This document shows, piece by piece, positions 1-9,196 of a DNA stretch of 64,000 bases. A program made the translations under genes and the position numbers. The first letter of the stretch is position 1. Every line of letters starts with the position of its first letter. The stretch comes from Patescibacteria group bacterium. Lineage in GTDB: Bacteria; Patescibacteriota; Patescibacteriia; JAXHNJ01. Below the pieces are notes generated by a model. That model was not told where the DNA came from, did no database searches, and saw only the letters and a program-made list of their open reading frames with translations. The stretch covers positions 480,660 through 544,659 of the forward strand of contig JAXHNJ010000002.1 of assembly GCA_034520665.1 (NCBI GenBank), written 5' to 3'.

Positions 1-337
1 ATTTTATTTGTCCATCCTCTTTGTAAACTTCATTTTGTATTAAAACAGGAGTATAATCACCTTCAGAAATTTCAAAAGGATTACCTTCAGGGGCTAGAGT
101 AGAATAAGTATAGAACTTAAATCCGCTGGCAAAGGCCGGATTAAGATGATAATAAACGCCCAGCAAAATCACGGCAAAACCAATAAAAGCAAAAAAACCA
201 GCCATAATCATAGTTACTTTTTTTACTAATGAGCCTTTTATTTTAGTGAGATACCAAATAATTACTCCGGCGACTATTAATAAAACCGGAAAAATAACCA
301 GCCAGGTGATTAAATTTGTGCCAAGATGTGATTCCAT
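1..337 (-). CDS. Membrane protein, hypothetical (runs off the window edge)
   Basis: Hand-translated from ATG 337: MESHLGTNLITWLVIFPVLLIVAGVIIWYLTK..., two hydrophobic segments, open to the window start. Confidence 0.6.
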   Translation of the reverse strand, partial: MESHLGTNLITWLVIFPVLLIVAGVIIWYLTKIKGSLVKKVTMIMAGFFAFIGFAVILLGVYYHLNPAFASGFKFYTYSTLAPEGNPFEISEGDYTPVLIQNEVYKEDGQIK

Positions 338-524
338 ACGTTTTTTATTTAATTTTTAGTATTATCTATTATAGTATATCAAAAAATCTTTAAAAAAAGT
401 AGAGATACTTTTTAAATTATTTTTTCTATAAAATTTTATTTTTTTTGAAAAACATAAAATATTTTTCCAGCGAACATGATTTTTCTATGGGAGACGACCT
501 CCGCAGTGTCCCGATAAAATCAGG

Positions 525-598
525 TGGACCCAACAGGAGTCGAACCTGCGACCTCCGCAGTGCAAATGCGGCGCTCTAGCCAACTGAGCTATGGGCCC
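525..598 (-). tRNA. tRNA-Ala(UGC)
   Basis: GGGCCCATAGCTCAG...CCGCATT TGC ACTGCGG...GTTCGACTC...GGGTCCA cloverleaf; CCA not fully encoded. Confidence 0.95.
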
Positions 599-631
599 AC
601 CTGATTTTATCGCGGATCCACGATGCGCAAT

Positions 632-874
632 TTATTTTTTAATTAATTTTTCAATAGCTTTTCGCTTTTTCCAAGATTTTATTTGTTTTTCTCGTTTTCT
701 TGCCTTTGATAAATATTTAAATGTTTCAGTATAAACTATTTTCCATGGAATATATCTTTTTGTAGATTTTACCTTACCTTTGTTATGCTGGTTTAATCTT
801 TTTGTTAAGTCTTCACAACTGCCAATATAATAAGAATTATTAATAGTTGATTTTAATATATATAAATAATACAT
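632..874 (-). CDS. Small GIY-YIG nuclease family protein
   Basis: MYYLYILKS...YYIGSC..L.KRLNQHN.G...T....W..VY.E......A..RE..IK motifs; likely start at 874 (track ORF starts at 898). Confidence 0.9.
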   Translation of the reverse strand: MYYLYILKSTINNSYYIGSCEDLTKRLNQHNKGKVKSTKRYIPWKIVYTETFKYLSKARKREKQIKSWKKRKAIEKLIKK

Positions 875-903
875 TACATAATATTTATTTGTGCGCATCG
901 GGA

Positions 904-939
904 CAAATGCGGCGCTCTAGCCAACTGAGCTATGGGCCC
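904..939 (-). pseudogene. 5' half of tRNA-Ala(UGC), the split outer copy; a short 3'-side remnant lies at 496-508
   Basis: Identical to 563-598; the direct repeat continues to 959. Confidence 0.85.
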
Positions 940-985
940 ACCTGATTTTATCGCGGATCTTTTAAATTATTGGATTATTGAAGAA

Positions 986-1075
986 CAAATGCGGTGCTTT
1001 ACCAAAATGAGTCCCGACCTTTTAGGTCGTGGATCCTCGACTCGCGCCTAAGGCGGAGTCGGGACTAAGGAGCCC
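986..1075 (-). pseudogene. Decayed tRNA-Ala 5' half interrupted by a palindromic cassette
   Basis: caaatgcggtgctttaccaaaatgag^ctaaggagccc aligns with caaatgcggcgctctagccaactgagctatgggccc. Confidence 0.7.
1012..1064. mobile_element. Empty GGATCC double-hairpin cassette (53 bp)
   Basis: tcccgacct-ttt-aggtcg t GGATCC t cgactc..gagtcg gga, inserted at G^C. Confidence 0.75.
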
Positions 1076-1083
1076 ATATTATT

Positions 1084-1326
1084 TTATCCTAAGGCACTAA
1101 TATTGAATATTTTTCCTAAAAGTCCTTGTAAAATACCAGTTAGAATTAAGAAAGTTCCAATAATAACAATTAAACCAAGTATTTTAATTAACATTCTAGT
1201 ACCACCTTCAGCTGATAAATGCTCTTCAGCCCAGGGAATACGACCGGTCCAGTTGAGAAACCACTCGGTTTTAATTAACATAAGAGAGCCGATGATTAAG
1301 GCAATAATGCCGACAAAATATTTCAT
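1084..1326 (-). CDS. Small two-TM membrane protein
   Basis: 80 aa, two hydrophobic helices, GRIPWAE..L..GG loop. Confidence 0.7.
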   Translation of the reverse strand: MKYFVGIIALIIGSLMLIKTEWFLNWTGRIPWAEEHLSAEGGTRMLIKILGLIVIIGTFLILTGILQGLLGKIFNISALG

Positions 1327-1390
1327 ATTTTAAAGTTAATTTATTAGTCGTTATTTACCAAAGTTAAGAATGATACTCTGGCGGATGAAA

Positions 1391-1467
1391 TGGTGGGCGA
1401 CTGAGGACTCGAACCTCAGACCTTCTCGGTGTAAACGAGACGCTCTAGCCAACTGAGCTAGTCGCCC
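1391..1467 (-). tRNA. tRNA-Val(UAC)
   Basis: Cloverleaf, loop TT TAC AC, CCA encoded. Confidence 0.95.
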
Positions 1468-1471
1468 TTTA

Positions 1472-1555
1472 TGCGGACGGTGGGACTTGAACCCACACGG
1501 CCCAAAGGACCCTAGGCCCTCAACCTAGTGCGTATACCAATTCCGCCACGTCCGC
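1472..1555 (-). tRNA. tRNA-Leu(GAG)
   Basis: GCGGACGTGGCGGAATTGG..., long variable arm, loop TT GAG GG. Confidence 0.95.
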
Positions 1556-1804
1556 TCAATTAAAAGTATTTTTAAGCATAGCCCTTAAGGAAGATTTGCC
1601 TTTACTAGTTTTAAAATATCTTTCTCTTTTTTTAGCGTCTATTTTATTATTAAAAACTTCGTAAAAAATAAGTTTTAGGGGTAAATAACTTTTTGTAAAT
1701 GGGCTTTTTCCTTGTTTATGCTCTTTAATCCTTCTACTAATATTAGTTGTAAAGCCGGTGTATAATTTCTTATTTGAGAGTAATAGGATATAAACATAAT
1801 ACAT
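1556..1804 (-). CDS. Small GIY-YIG nuclease family protein
   Basis: MYYVYILL...LYTGFT....RR..EH..G...T....P..L..YE......A..RERYFK; the stop codon abuts the tRNA-Leu 5' end; track ORF starts at 1825. Confidence 0.9.
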   Translation of the reverse strand: MYYVYILLLSNKKLYTGFTTNISRRIKEHKQGKSPFTKSYLPLKLIFYEVFNNKIDAKKRERYFKTSKGKSSLRAMLKNTFN

Positions 1805-1825
1805 AAATTGTTCGTTATATACCAT

Positions 1826-1896
1826 TCTGTACCACTAAAGGGTACAGGATTAGCCGCGAACCCTTTAGTGGTTCACGGCAGTTCCACCACGTTTGC
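1826..1896. repeat. Paired hairpins (ccactaaaggg/ccctttagtgg) next to a decayed tRNA-Leu 5' end
   Basis: ctgtacc..ggtacag and gccgcgaacc..ggttcacggc; ttccaccacgtttgc resembles ttccgccacgtccgc. Confidence 0.65.
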
Positions 1897-1917
1897 TTAT
1901 TTTAAAATGATATATTA

Positions 1918-2286
1918 CTAAGCTGGTTTTTTAGGTTGAAGATTTTCTTTAATTTTAATTTTTTCTTTAAGCTTTTTGGCTCTTCTATTCCGAAGATAAT
2001 AACCTTTTGATTTTCTGATGTTAAATTTTTTGACTATTTCAATTTTTTCAATAGTCGGCGAATAAATAGGAAATATTTTTTCGACCCCCACGCCTTCTGA
2101 TATTTTTCTAACCGTAATAGTTTTAGTTTGTCCGCGTCCTTTAATTTTTAACACGATACCTTCAAAAATTTGAATTCTTTCTTTATCTCCTTCTTTAATT
2201 TTTTGGTGAATACGCACCTTATAGCCAGCTTTTAAATTTTTGGCTTTATTTTTTTTTGATTCTTTTTTTTCTTTTGCTTCGGTCAT
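1918..2286 (-). CDS. rplS: 50S ribosomal protein L19
   Basis: ERIQIFEGIV...TITVRKIS.GVGVEKIFP motif. Confidence 0.95.
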   Translation of the reverse strand: MTEAKEKKESKKNKAKNLKAGYKVRIHQKIKEGDKERIQIFEGIVLKIKGRGQTKTITVRKISEGVGVEKIFPIYSPTIEKIEIVKKFNIRKSKGYYLRNRRAKKLKEKIKIKENLQPKKPA

Positions 2287-2343
2287 ATTTTTAATTTTAT
2301 TAATAAAAAGGTGTATGAATTATAAGTGGAAAAAGTCTAAAAG

Positions 2344-3255
2344 TCAAGACTTTAAATTGTTGAGTGGGTTTTGAAAATTTTGAGGGGGTTTAACCTCATA
2401 CTCTTGCCATTTGTTATTTAAATTATAAAAGCCGATTTTTTGAGCATGTAACATAAGTCTTGGCCAAGATTGATTATCAAATTTTTTTATATTATATTTT
2501 TTATCACCAATAACTGGATGGCCCAAAGCTTTAAAGTGAACTCTGATTTGATTAGTTCTTCCAGTGAGTGTATTTATTTTTATTAAGGAATATTTTTTTA
2601 TTTTCTCTATTAATTTATATCTAGTGATAGCTTTCCTCCCTTTTTTATTTTTTGGTTTAGAAACTATTATTCCTTTTTTTGAACGAGCGATGGGAAAATT
2701 TATCTCTCCTTCATATTTTTCTAAAAGTCCGTGAACCAGCGCCAAATATTCTTTTTTTATCTGGTGGTCTTTAAATTGATTTTTTAAATTTTCAAACATG
2801 GCTTGATTTTTAGCCACGATCATAATTCCGGAAACATTTTTATCTAGACGATGAACAATACCTGGTCTTAGATTATCTTCTCCTACTTTTTTAATGGTTG
2901 AATTATAATTAATTAGTCGGCCAGCCAAAGTATCTTTTTCACTTTTTAAAGTGGGGTGAACCAACAAACCAACCGGTTTATTTATAATTAAGTAATTTTT
3001 TTCTTCTTTGAAAAGTGGCAGCTTTTTTTCTGATAATTTTAATTCTGGCTCGGGTGGTCTTTTGTAATCAATTTTAATAATATCATCTTTTTTTAAAAAA
3101 TAATGAACAGAAATTAGCTTCTTATTAACTTTTACTCGGCCCTGTTTAATCAATTTTTGAATATAAGAGCGCGAGCAATTTGGGAATTCTTGAGCTAAAA
3201 ATTTATCCAGTCTTTCTTTTTCTGCTTTCTGATTTACTTTTATTTTTTTTAGCAT
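2344..3255 (-). CDS. RluA/RluD family pseudouridine synthase
   Basis: N-terminal S4 domain, NKP.G, HRLD, TGRT.QIRVH. Confidence 0.93.
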   Translation of the reverse strand: MLKKIKVNQKAEKERLDKFLAQEFPNCSRSYIQKLIKQGRVKVNKKLISVHYFLKKDDIIKIDYKRPPEPELKLSEKKLPLFKEEKNYLIINKPVGLLVHPTLKSEKDTLAGRLINYNSTIKKVGEDNLRPGIVHRLDKNVSGIMIVAKNQAMFENLKNQFKDHQIKKEYLALVHGLLEKYEGEINFPIARSKKGIIVSKPKNKKGRKAITRYKLIEKIKKYSLIKINTLTGRTNQIRVHFKALGHPVIGDKKYNIKKFDNQSWPRLMLHAQKIGFYNLNNKWQEYEVKPPQNFQNPLNNLKS

Positions 3256-4735
3256 AAAGATAATTTTTTAAAAATTCGAGAGCTTGCTTCTTATTTTTAA
3301 TTTGTGAATTAAGTTGCTGTTCTCTGGCTATGGATAAAAGTTCGCCAATTAAAGGACCTCTTTTTATATTAAGATTTTTTATAATATCATGCCCGTTTAT
3401 CAAAGGTTTGGGTAGTGCTTTTCTTTTTTTGTCCATATTCTTCATTTCCTTAATCCGTTTAAGCATTTTTTCTAAACTTTTTGTATTTGCTTTACCCTTA
3501 GCTGGTAAGCTGCCCAATGTATCAGCCAGTATAATTTTCAATAATTTTTCTCCCGGTACTCTAGGGTTAAAAAATATTTTTTCTACTGTGCTAGCTCTTA
3601 AATTATAAGGGTCATCAACAATAAGAAGCATATGTCTTTTTACCAACCAGATAATATTTTCTTTTTTCACTTTACCCGTACTTTCCAGCTTCAATCTATC
3701 AATAATATCACTGGTCATTTCTGCTCCAATAGTATCATGAGCGTCAAAACGAATTCGATTAGTGCCATCTTTTTTGGGAGTCCTGATAGTTTTAGCTTTA
3801 CCGATATCATGAAAAATAATAGCTAATATTACTTCCGGGTCTTTAGTTCTTCCGGGCATTATTTTTTTATAAAGAGGTGAATTTAATTTTTCTAGAGCTA
3901 AGCGGGTATGCACAAAAACATCTCCTTCAGAATGGTATCTAACAGGTTGCGGTACACCTTTTAGATTTTCAATTTCCGGAATTAAGTGCTTAAAAATATT
4001 CATCTCATCAAAAATATCAAAAGCTCTTAAAGGATTAGCTTCAAAAGTATTAAGCAGTTCTTTAGCCATAACTTCCCGAGCCAAGCTTTTACTTTTTAAT
4101 TTCAGTGAGAAATTTTTGATGGCCTTGGCTGTTTTTTCTTCCAGTTCAAAGCTAAGCTGGCAGCAAAAGCGCAAAGCCCTTAAGATTCTAGTATAATCTT
4201 CTTTAAATCTTTTTTCAGCCTGGCCGACAGCCCGGATTTGTTTACTAGCCAAATCAGATAAGCCATTAAATTTATCAATTAATTTTTTATTTTTTATATC
4301 ATAAGCCAAGGCATTGATAGTAAAATCTCTTCTTTTTAAGTCTTTTTCAATGGGTAGCCGAGCCTTTGACTGAACTTTAAAATCCCGATAACCTCCGGTC
4401 ATTTTTAAGGAATGTTCTGTTCTTGGCAAAGCTATATCAATAGCTTCAATTTTTGAATTTTTAGGGACAAACTTAAAAACACCAAAAGATTTACCAACCA
4501 GGTTTACTTTACCCGATTTTTTTAAAAAGTTTTCTAATTTTTTAGCTGATAAATTACGAACCACAAAATCAAAATCTTTAGTTTTTCTTTTCAATATTAT
4601 ATCACGGACAGCACCACCGACTAGGTAGATTTCAGCCTGGGAGAATTTTTTTAATACTTTGTTAATAAATGATAAAGCCGGCTCTGTTTTAAGAGCCTTT
4701 TGGAATATTTTGATATTTATATCTTTCTTCTTCAT
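3203..4735 (-). CDS. cca: CCA tRNA nucleotidyltransferase with HD domain
   Basis: VGGAVRD, DFD, RRDFTINA, ED..R.LRA.RF, HDIGK. Confidence 0.9.
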   Translation of the reverse strand: MKKKDINIKIFQKALKTEPALSFINKVLKKFSQAEIYLVGGAVRDIILKRKTKDFDFVVRNLSAKKLENFLKKSGKVNLVGKSFGVFKFVPKNSKIEAIDIALPRTEHSLKMTGGYRDFKVQSKARLPIEKDLKRRDFTINALAYDIKNKKLIDKFNGLSDLASKQIRAVGQAEKRFKEDYTRILRALRFCCQLSFELEEKTAKAIKNFSLKLKSKSLAREVMAKELLNTFEANPLRAFDIFDEMNIFKHLIPEIENLKGVPQPVRYHSEGDVFVHTRLALEKLNSPLYKKIMPGRTKDPEVILAIIFHDIGKAKTIRTPKKDGTNRIRFDAHDTIGAEMTSDIIDRLKLESTGKVKKENIIWLVKRHMLLIVDDPYNLRASTVEKIFFNPRVPGEKLLKIILADTLGSLPAKGKANTKSLEKMLKRIKEMKNMDKKRKALPKPLINGHDIIKNLNIKRGPLIGELLSIAREQQLNSQIKNKKQALEFLKNYLYAKKNKSKSESRKRKTG

Positions 4736-4780
4736 TAGTTATAATTTTACCATAAATAAAAAAATCTTGAAAAAGATTAA

Positions 4781-4857
4781 TGGTGGGCGGTAGAAGAGTT
4801 GAACTTCTGACCTCTTGCGTGTCGAGCAAGCGCTCTAACCAACTGAGCTAACCGCCC
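4781..4857 (-). tRNA. tRNA-Val(GAC)
   Basis: Cloverleaf, loop TC GAC AC, CCA encoded. Confidence 0.95.
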
Positions 4858-4903
4858 ATAGACATAAAAAGTTTAACGAAAATATTAATATTAGTCAACT
4901 TTA

Positions 4904-4938
4904 ATAAAAAAAAGAGCCCGCTCTATTTAAGAGCGGGC
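4904..4938 (-). terminator. Intrinsic terminator
   Basis: gcccgctc/gagcgggc stem plus U-tract on the minus strand. Confidence 0.7.
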
Positions 4939-4944
4939 AATGCT

Positions 4945-5121
4945 TTAGCAAAATACGCTTCCTTTATGAAAACACATGTGGGCTGGAGAGCTGAATTTAG
5001 CCGGACTAATTTTTTCTTCATATCCACAATTACAAGTAGCTAGGTAATAAAAACCTAGCATTTCTTTATCTGAAGGCTGGTATTTTATTTCCATTTGACA
5101 TTTACATTCTGGACATTTCAT
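4945..5121 (-). CDS. 58-aa putative zinc-ribbon protein
   Basis: Hand-translated MKCPECKCQM...ATCNCGYEEKI...; GGAGG RBS upstream, terminator downstream. Confidence 0.6.
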   Translation of the reverse strand: MKCPECKCQMEIKYQPSDKEMLGFYYLATCNCGYEEKISPAKFSSPAHMCFHKGSVFC

Positions 5122-5321
5122 ATTTAACCTCCTTTTTACTATTAAAGAGCAAAAAATTTAAAAACTGACTATTTAGCTAGCCAGTTTTTATTTATCATTC
5201 TTAAAAGAATAAACAAAAATCAGCTAGCTAAAGCTAGATTTTTGCCACCAATTATTTTTTAAGATTATTTGATGCATAAGTTTAAAATTTAGGGAGATCA
5301 AAAAGATCTCCCCTTTTTAAT

Positions 5322-5471
5322 TTAATCTTTTTGCCCACAAAGAGGACAAACAAGTTCATAAGGAGGTTCGCCACAACTTGGGATTAATCCCTCTTTTTTC
5401 AGCCTGATTTCTAAAGGAATACCATGTTTAGGGCAAACTTCTTTTTTTCTTTTCACTGCTTGGCTAGTCAT
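5322..5471 (-). CDS. 49-aa putative zinc-ribbon protein
   Basis: Hand-translated MTSQAVKRKKEVCPKHG...LVCPLCGQKD; GGAGG RBS upstream, hairpin at 5292-5312 downstream. Confidence 0.6.
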   Translation of the reverse strand: MTSQAVKRKKEVCPKHGIPLEIRLKKEGLIPSCGEPPYELVCPLCGQKD

Positions 5472-5924
5472 CTCAAACCTCCTTGTTTAAGGTACAAAAA
5501 AAAGCTGATCCTTTTTGGAATCAGTCTCTTATTTTAAGCTAATTTATACTAATTTTTAAGCTATTATATCAAAAAAAGACTGATCCGAATCAGTAAAATA
5601 CCAAAAATAAGCAAAAAATTGGTGGCTATTATCGGCTGAATTGTGGTCGCGCTGAGCGCGATGATCAATCTTTTTCATAAACTTATTAACAGTTTATATT
5701 ATAGATAAATACTTGTCAAATTTTATAATGTAGACAGAATATATTATTAGTTTTTAAATATTTATTATTTCTTGGCGTTCACACGCCCCCCGCCTTCTTC
5801 TTCAATGTAACTCAATAATTAAGAGGGTAAACTTCGCCCCTACCTCCTAATAGCTTATCTGCCGTAGTCCACTAGGATGCAGGCAGGAAGGCGTAGTGCG
5901 CCCGACCCCTCCACATTTTATCTC

Positions 5925-6073
5925 TCCGCTAAACTAAGCGTTTAGTTATTATTTTTAAATGATTGTTTTTCAATGCGCCTGGTCTCCCTGCGGGAGACGA
6001 CCCCCATTTTACCGGTCCGCTAAACTAAAGGTTTAGTCATTATTTTTAAGTGATTGTTTTTCAATGCGCCTGG
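5925..6073. repeat. About 58-bp imperfect direct repeat (5925-5982, 6016-6073) with a tRNA-Ile(UAU) 3' remnant
   Basis: tccgctaaactaa..tgattgtttttcaatgcgcctgg occurs twice; the first copy is followed by GTCTC-N7-GAGAC in place of the T-arm. Confidence 0.8.
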
Positions 6074-6137
6074 ATGGACTTGAACCATCGACCCCCACTT
6101 TATAAGAGTGGTGCTCTAACCACTGAGCTACAGGCGC
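6065..6137 (-). tRNA. tRNA-Ile(UAU)
   Basis: GCGCCTGTAGCTCAG...CCACT CT TAT AA AGTGG...GTTCAAGTC...CAGGCGCA. Confidence 0.88.
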
Positions 6138-6295
6138 GAGATATTATTTACTTATTAATTTATTAATATAATTTCTCTTCTTTCTTGATTTGAAGTATTT
6201 TTCTCTTTTTATGGATTTTATAAAAAATATAAACAAAAAAACTAAACCAAGTCAAAAATTAGTTTAGCAGAGATTTTTCCTAAAATCAAATTAGT

Positions 6296-7240
6296 TTACT
6301 CTGATATTTCTTTAGGTTTTTTTCTTTGGAAGATTCTCAGTATTTTTGATAAACCCTCGCCTTTAGAAATCGATTCAAAAAGATAAGTCCAAACGCTGAA
6401 GCGGAAAGTAGCAATTAAAGAGCCAACAAAAATTATAATAGCCATGAAAATAGCGTAGCCCCAAGCAGTAAAAGGCAGGCTTAAAAAGGTGAGAACAGAA
6501 ACTATAACAAAAGTAATAACAAAATTTATCACATAAAGCAGTATGGCATTTTCTAAAGTAATGAGCCAGTTTTTACGAAAGAGATGAAAACTTGTTTTAA
6601 TAGAAGCTTTAATTTTTTCTCCGTTTAAAATCACATTAATAGTGGCGTATCTGACCAAAAATGAGATAAAAATATTTAAGGGTATAAGAATAATAAAAGC
6701 AAATACACTTAAGGTGGTGAGAGTACCTGTGCTTCCGGAATTAACGTAAGAAATAGCCAAAGGAATGCCAATAACTAAGAGTAATCCGTAGATTATAGCT
6801 TTGGCAATAAGATTTATAATTAATATAGGCCAGAATTTTTTTGTGCCGATAAAAAATCCGTCTAAAAAAGCGACACTCTTTTTCTTTTTAAAACGATGAG
6901 CCGCACTGATTATAGCTACTTGTGAAATAGTTATTAAATAAACCGCAGCCGCAGCAATAATTATACCAACTAGTACAACCAAAATAGAAGAAAAAACATT
7001 TTTAGTAAAAAAAGTGTTTAAATTTTCCGAAACTATCGAAAAAACACCCTCATTTAAAGTGTTACGCAGATTTTTGATAACTCTTTCTAAATTAGTTACT
7101 GTATCAATATTTCTGATAATAATATCATACTCTTCTCCATTAGCGGTTAAAGAGGCAAAAATACCAAAAAACCAAAGAAACTTCAGCTTTTTAGTTGTTG
7201 TCCAGGCTTTTTTTATTATTTCACGGTAAAAAATTTTCAT
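6296..7240 (-). CDS. Polytopic membrane protein, hypothetical
   Basis: 314 aa, about 7 hydrophobic segments, LWFFG.FA motif. Confidence 0.75.
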   Translation of the reverse strand: MKIFYREIIKKAWTTTKKLKFLWFFGIFASLTANGEEYDIIIRNIDTVTNLERVIKNLRNTLNEGVFSIVSENLNTFFTKNVFSSILVVLVGIIIAAAAVYLITISQVAIISAAHRFKKKKSVAFLDGFFIGTKKFWPILIINLIAKAIIYGLLLVIGIPLAISYVNSGSTGTLTTLSVFAFIILIPLNIFISFLVRYATINVILNGEKIKASIKTSFHLFRKNWLITLENAILLYVINFVITFVIVSVLTFLSLPFTAWGYAIFMAIIIFVGSLIATFRFSVWTYLFESISKGEGLSKILRIFQRKKPKEISE

Positions 7241-7281
7241 CTAATTTTCCCTCCGATTATTATGCTGTTATTATACAATAG

Positions 7282-9135
7282 TTATTTTTTTGAAGCAAGT
7301 TCCTTTTTTCTTTTTTTATCTTTGAAAAAAAATTCAAATTTTTTCTTTTCGATAGTTTCTTTTTCTAATAATTCCTTTACAATTTTATTAAGAGTCTTTT
7401 TTTCTTTACTTATAATTTTCCTGGCCTTTTTATAAGCCTCAGCAATAATTTTTGAAACTTCATTATCTATTTTTTCAGCAATTTTTTCTGAATAATCCTT
7501 TTGGTCGTGAATTTCTTTGCCTAAAAAAACCAATTCGTCTTTTTTACCAAAAGTGCGGGGCCCTAAGGCTTCACTCATACCAAATTGAGTGACTAATTTT
7601 TTGGCTAATTCAGTAGCTTTTTTTAAGTCATTACTGGCCCCGGTAGTAATTTCGTTAAAAGTTTCTTTTTCGCAGGTAAAACCAGCTAAAAGGACAGTAA
7701 TATCTTCAATAAATTCAGAACGACTGTGTAAATTTTTATCCTCTAGAGGTAGTTTTAAAGTATAGCCAGCAGCTCGGCCTCTGGAAATGATCGAAATTTT
7801 GTGAACGGGATCTGTATTTGGCAATAAATGGGCCACTAAAGCATGGCCAGCTTCGTGATAAGCAGTAATTTTTTTCTCTTTTTTAGACAAAATACGGCTT
7901 TTTCTTTCTGGCCCAAGCATTACCTTTTCAATGGATTCAAGACAATCTTCCATACTTATCTTTTTCTTATTTTTTTTAGCCGCTAAAATAGCAGATTCGT
8001 TTAAGAGATTAGCTAAATCAGCTCCGGAAAAACCAGGGGTCCTTTGGGCAATTTTTTTAAAGTCAACACTATCATCAAAGGGTTTTTTCTTAATGTGTAC
8101 TTTAAGAATAGCTTCACGACCTTTAATATCCGGCATATCAATAATTACCCGTCGATCAAAGCGACCCGGACGCAAAAGAGCTGGATCCAAAACATCAGGT
8201 CTATTGGTAGCCGCAATAACAATAACATTATCACCGGTTTCAAAACCGTCCATTTCTACTAAAATTTGATTTAAGGTTTGTTCTCTTTCATCATGTGATC
8301 CACCTAAGCCAGCTCCTCTTTGGCGGCCAACAGCGTCCATTTCGTCAATAAATATTATACAAGGAGAGTTTTTTTTGGCTTTTTTAAAAAGGTCTCGCAC
8401 TCTTGAGGCTCCGACGCCAACAAACATTTCTACAAATTCAGAACCTGATATATTAAAGAAAGGCACATTAGCTTCACCGGCTACCGCTTTAGCTAAAAGA
8501 GTTTTACCCGTGCCGGGTGGCCCGACAATAAGCATACCCTTGGGAATACTAGCTCCAATAGTTAAAAACTTTTTGGGATGTTTCAAAAAATCAACGATTT
8601 CTTCCAATTCATCCTTAGCTTCTTTGACGCCAGCTACATCCTTGAAAGTAGTTTTCTTTTTTTTATTTTTTAAATTTGCTTCGCGAGCAGTGCTTTTGCC
8701 AAAAGAAAGGGCTCTGTTATTGCCACCCTGTACTTTACGCATAGTAAACCAAATAAAGCCAACAATAAGCAAAAAAGGCAGTAAAAAAGGCAATAAAGTA
8801 GCCAGCCAAAAAGAGAGACCAGATTCATCTTTAATAGTCAATTTTATTTTTTCAAGCTTAGATTGTTCAACACCGAAATTTTGCATTAGTTCTGAAAATG
8901 ATTCAGTAGTTTCTTTTTGACTAGTATATTTTTTATCTTCCATAGTAGTAATTTCCAATTTGTTGCCACCGCTAACTACTATTTCTTTAACTCTCTCATT
9001 TTTTATTATTTCAACTAACTTTGAAATATCTATTTTTTCAGACTGGTCAAGACCTGGATTAAAAAGACTTAAGACAGCAGCAAAGGCCAGGAAAATAAAG
9101 ATAAATATTATTATTTTTTTACCAATGTCTTTCAT
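7282..9135 (-). CDS. ftsH: ATP-dependent zinc metalloprotease FtsH
   Basis: [36 protein letters not shown]. Confidence 0.97.
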   Translation of the reverse strand: MKDIGKKIIIFIFIFLAFAAVLSLFNPGLDQSEKIDISKLVEIIKNERVKEIVVSGGNKLEITTMEDKKYTSQKETTESFSELMQNFGVEQSKLEKIKLTIKDESGLSFWLATLLPFLLPFLLIVGFIWFTMRKVQGGNNRALSFGKSTAREANLKNKKKKTTFKDVAGVKEAKDELEEIVDFLKHPKKFLTIGASIPKGMLIVGPPGTGKTLLAKAVAGEANVPFFNISGSEFVEMFVGVGASRVRDLFKKAKKNSPCIIFIDEMDAVGRQRGAGLGGSHDEREQTLNQILVEMDGFETGDNVIVIAATNRPDVLDPALLRPGRFDRRVIIDMPDIKGREAILKVHIKKKPFDDSVDFKKIAQRTPGFSGADLANLLNESAILAAKKNKKKISMEDCLESIEKVMLGPERKSRILSKKEKKITAYHEAGHALVAHLLPNTDPVHKISIISRGRAAGYTLKLPLEDKNLHSRSEFIEDITVLLAGFTCEKETFNEITTGASNDLKKATELAKKLVTQFGMSEALGPRTFGKKDELVFLGKEIHDQKDYSEKIAEKIDNEVSKIIAEAYKKARKIISKEKKTLNKIVKELLEKETIEKKKFEFFFKDKKRKKELASKK

Positions 9136-9196
9136 TTATTTTATTTATTACTTAATTTATTATAAATTTTTAAACTAGCTTAAGCAAGTCTTTTAT

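Larger units (their letters stand above)
509..903. mobile_element. Double-hairpin TCCCG..GGATCC..CGGGA cassette carrying tRNA-Ala(UGC) and a GIY-YIG gene
   Basis: Ends TCCCGAT/ATCGGGA; central GGATCC 614-619; IR cgataaaatcaggtgg/ccacctgattttatcg around the tRNA; IR cgatgcgca/tgcgcatcg around the ORF; flanks rejoin to the tRNA-Ala sequence ccgcagtg^caaatgcgg. Confidence 0.75.

Noticed and set aside
496-959. tRNA duplication as attL/attR of a prophage or integrative island
   Set aside because: No integrase; only about 400 bp enclosed; the complete tRNA is inside the insert rather than rebuilt at a junction.
1556-2346. Alternative genetic code (UGA=Gly, as in Gracilibacteria/Absconditabacteria)
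   Set aside because: Conserved genes are full-length under code 11 and TGA ends genes at the expected positions.
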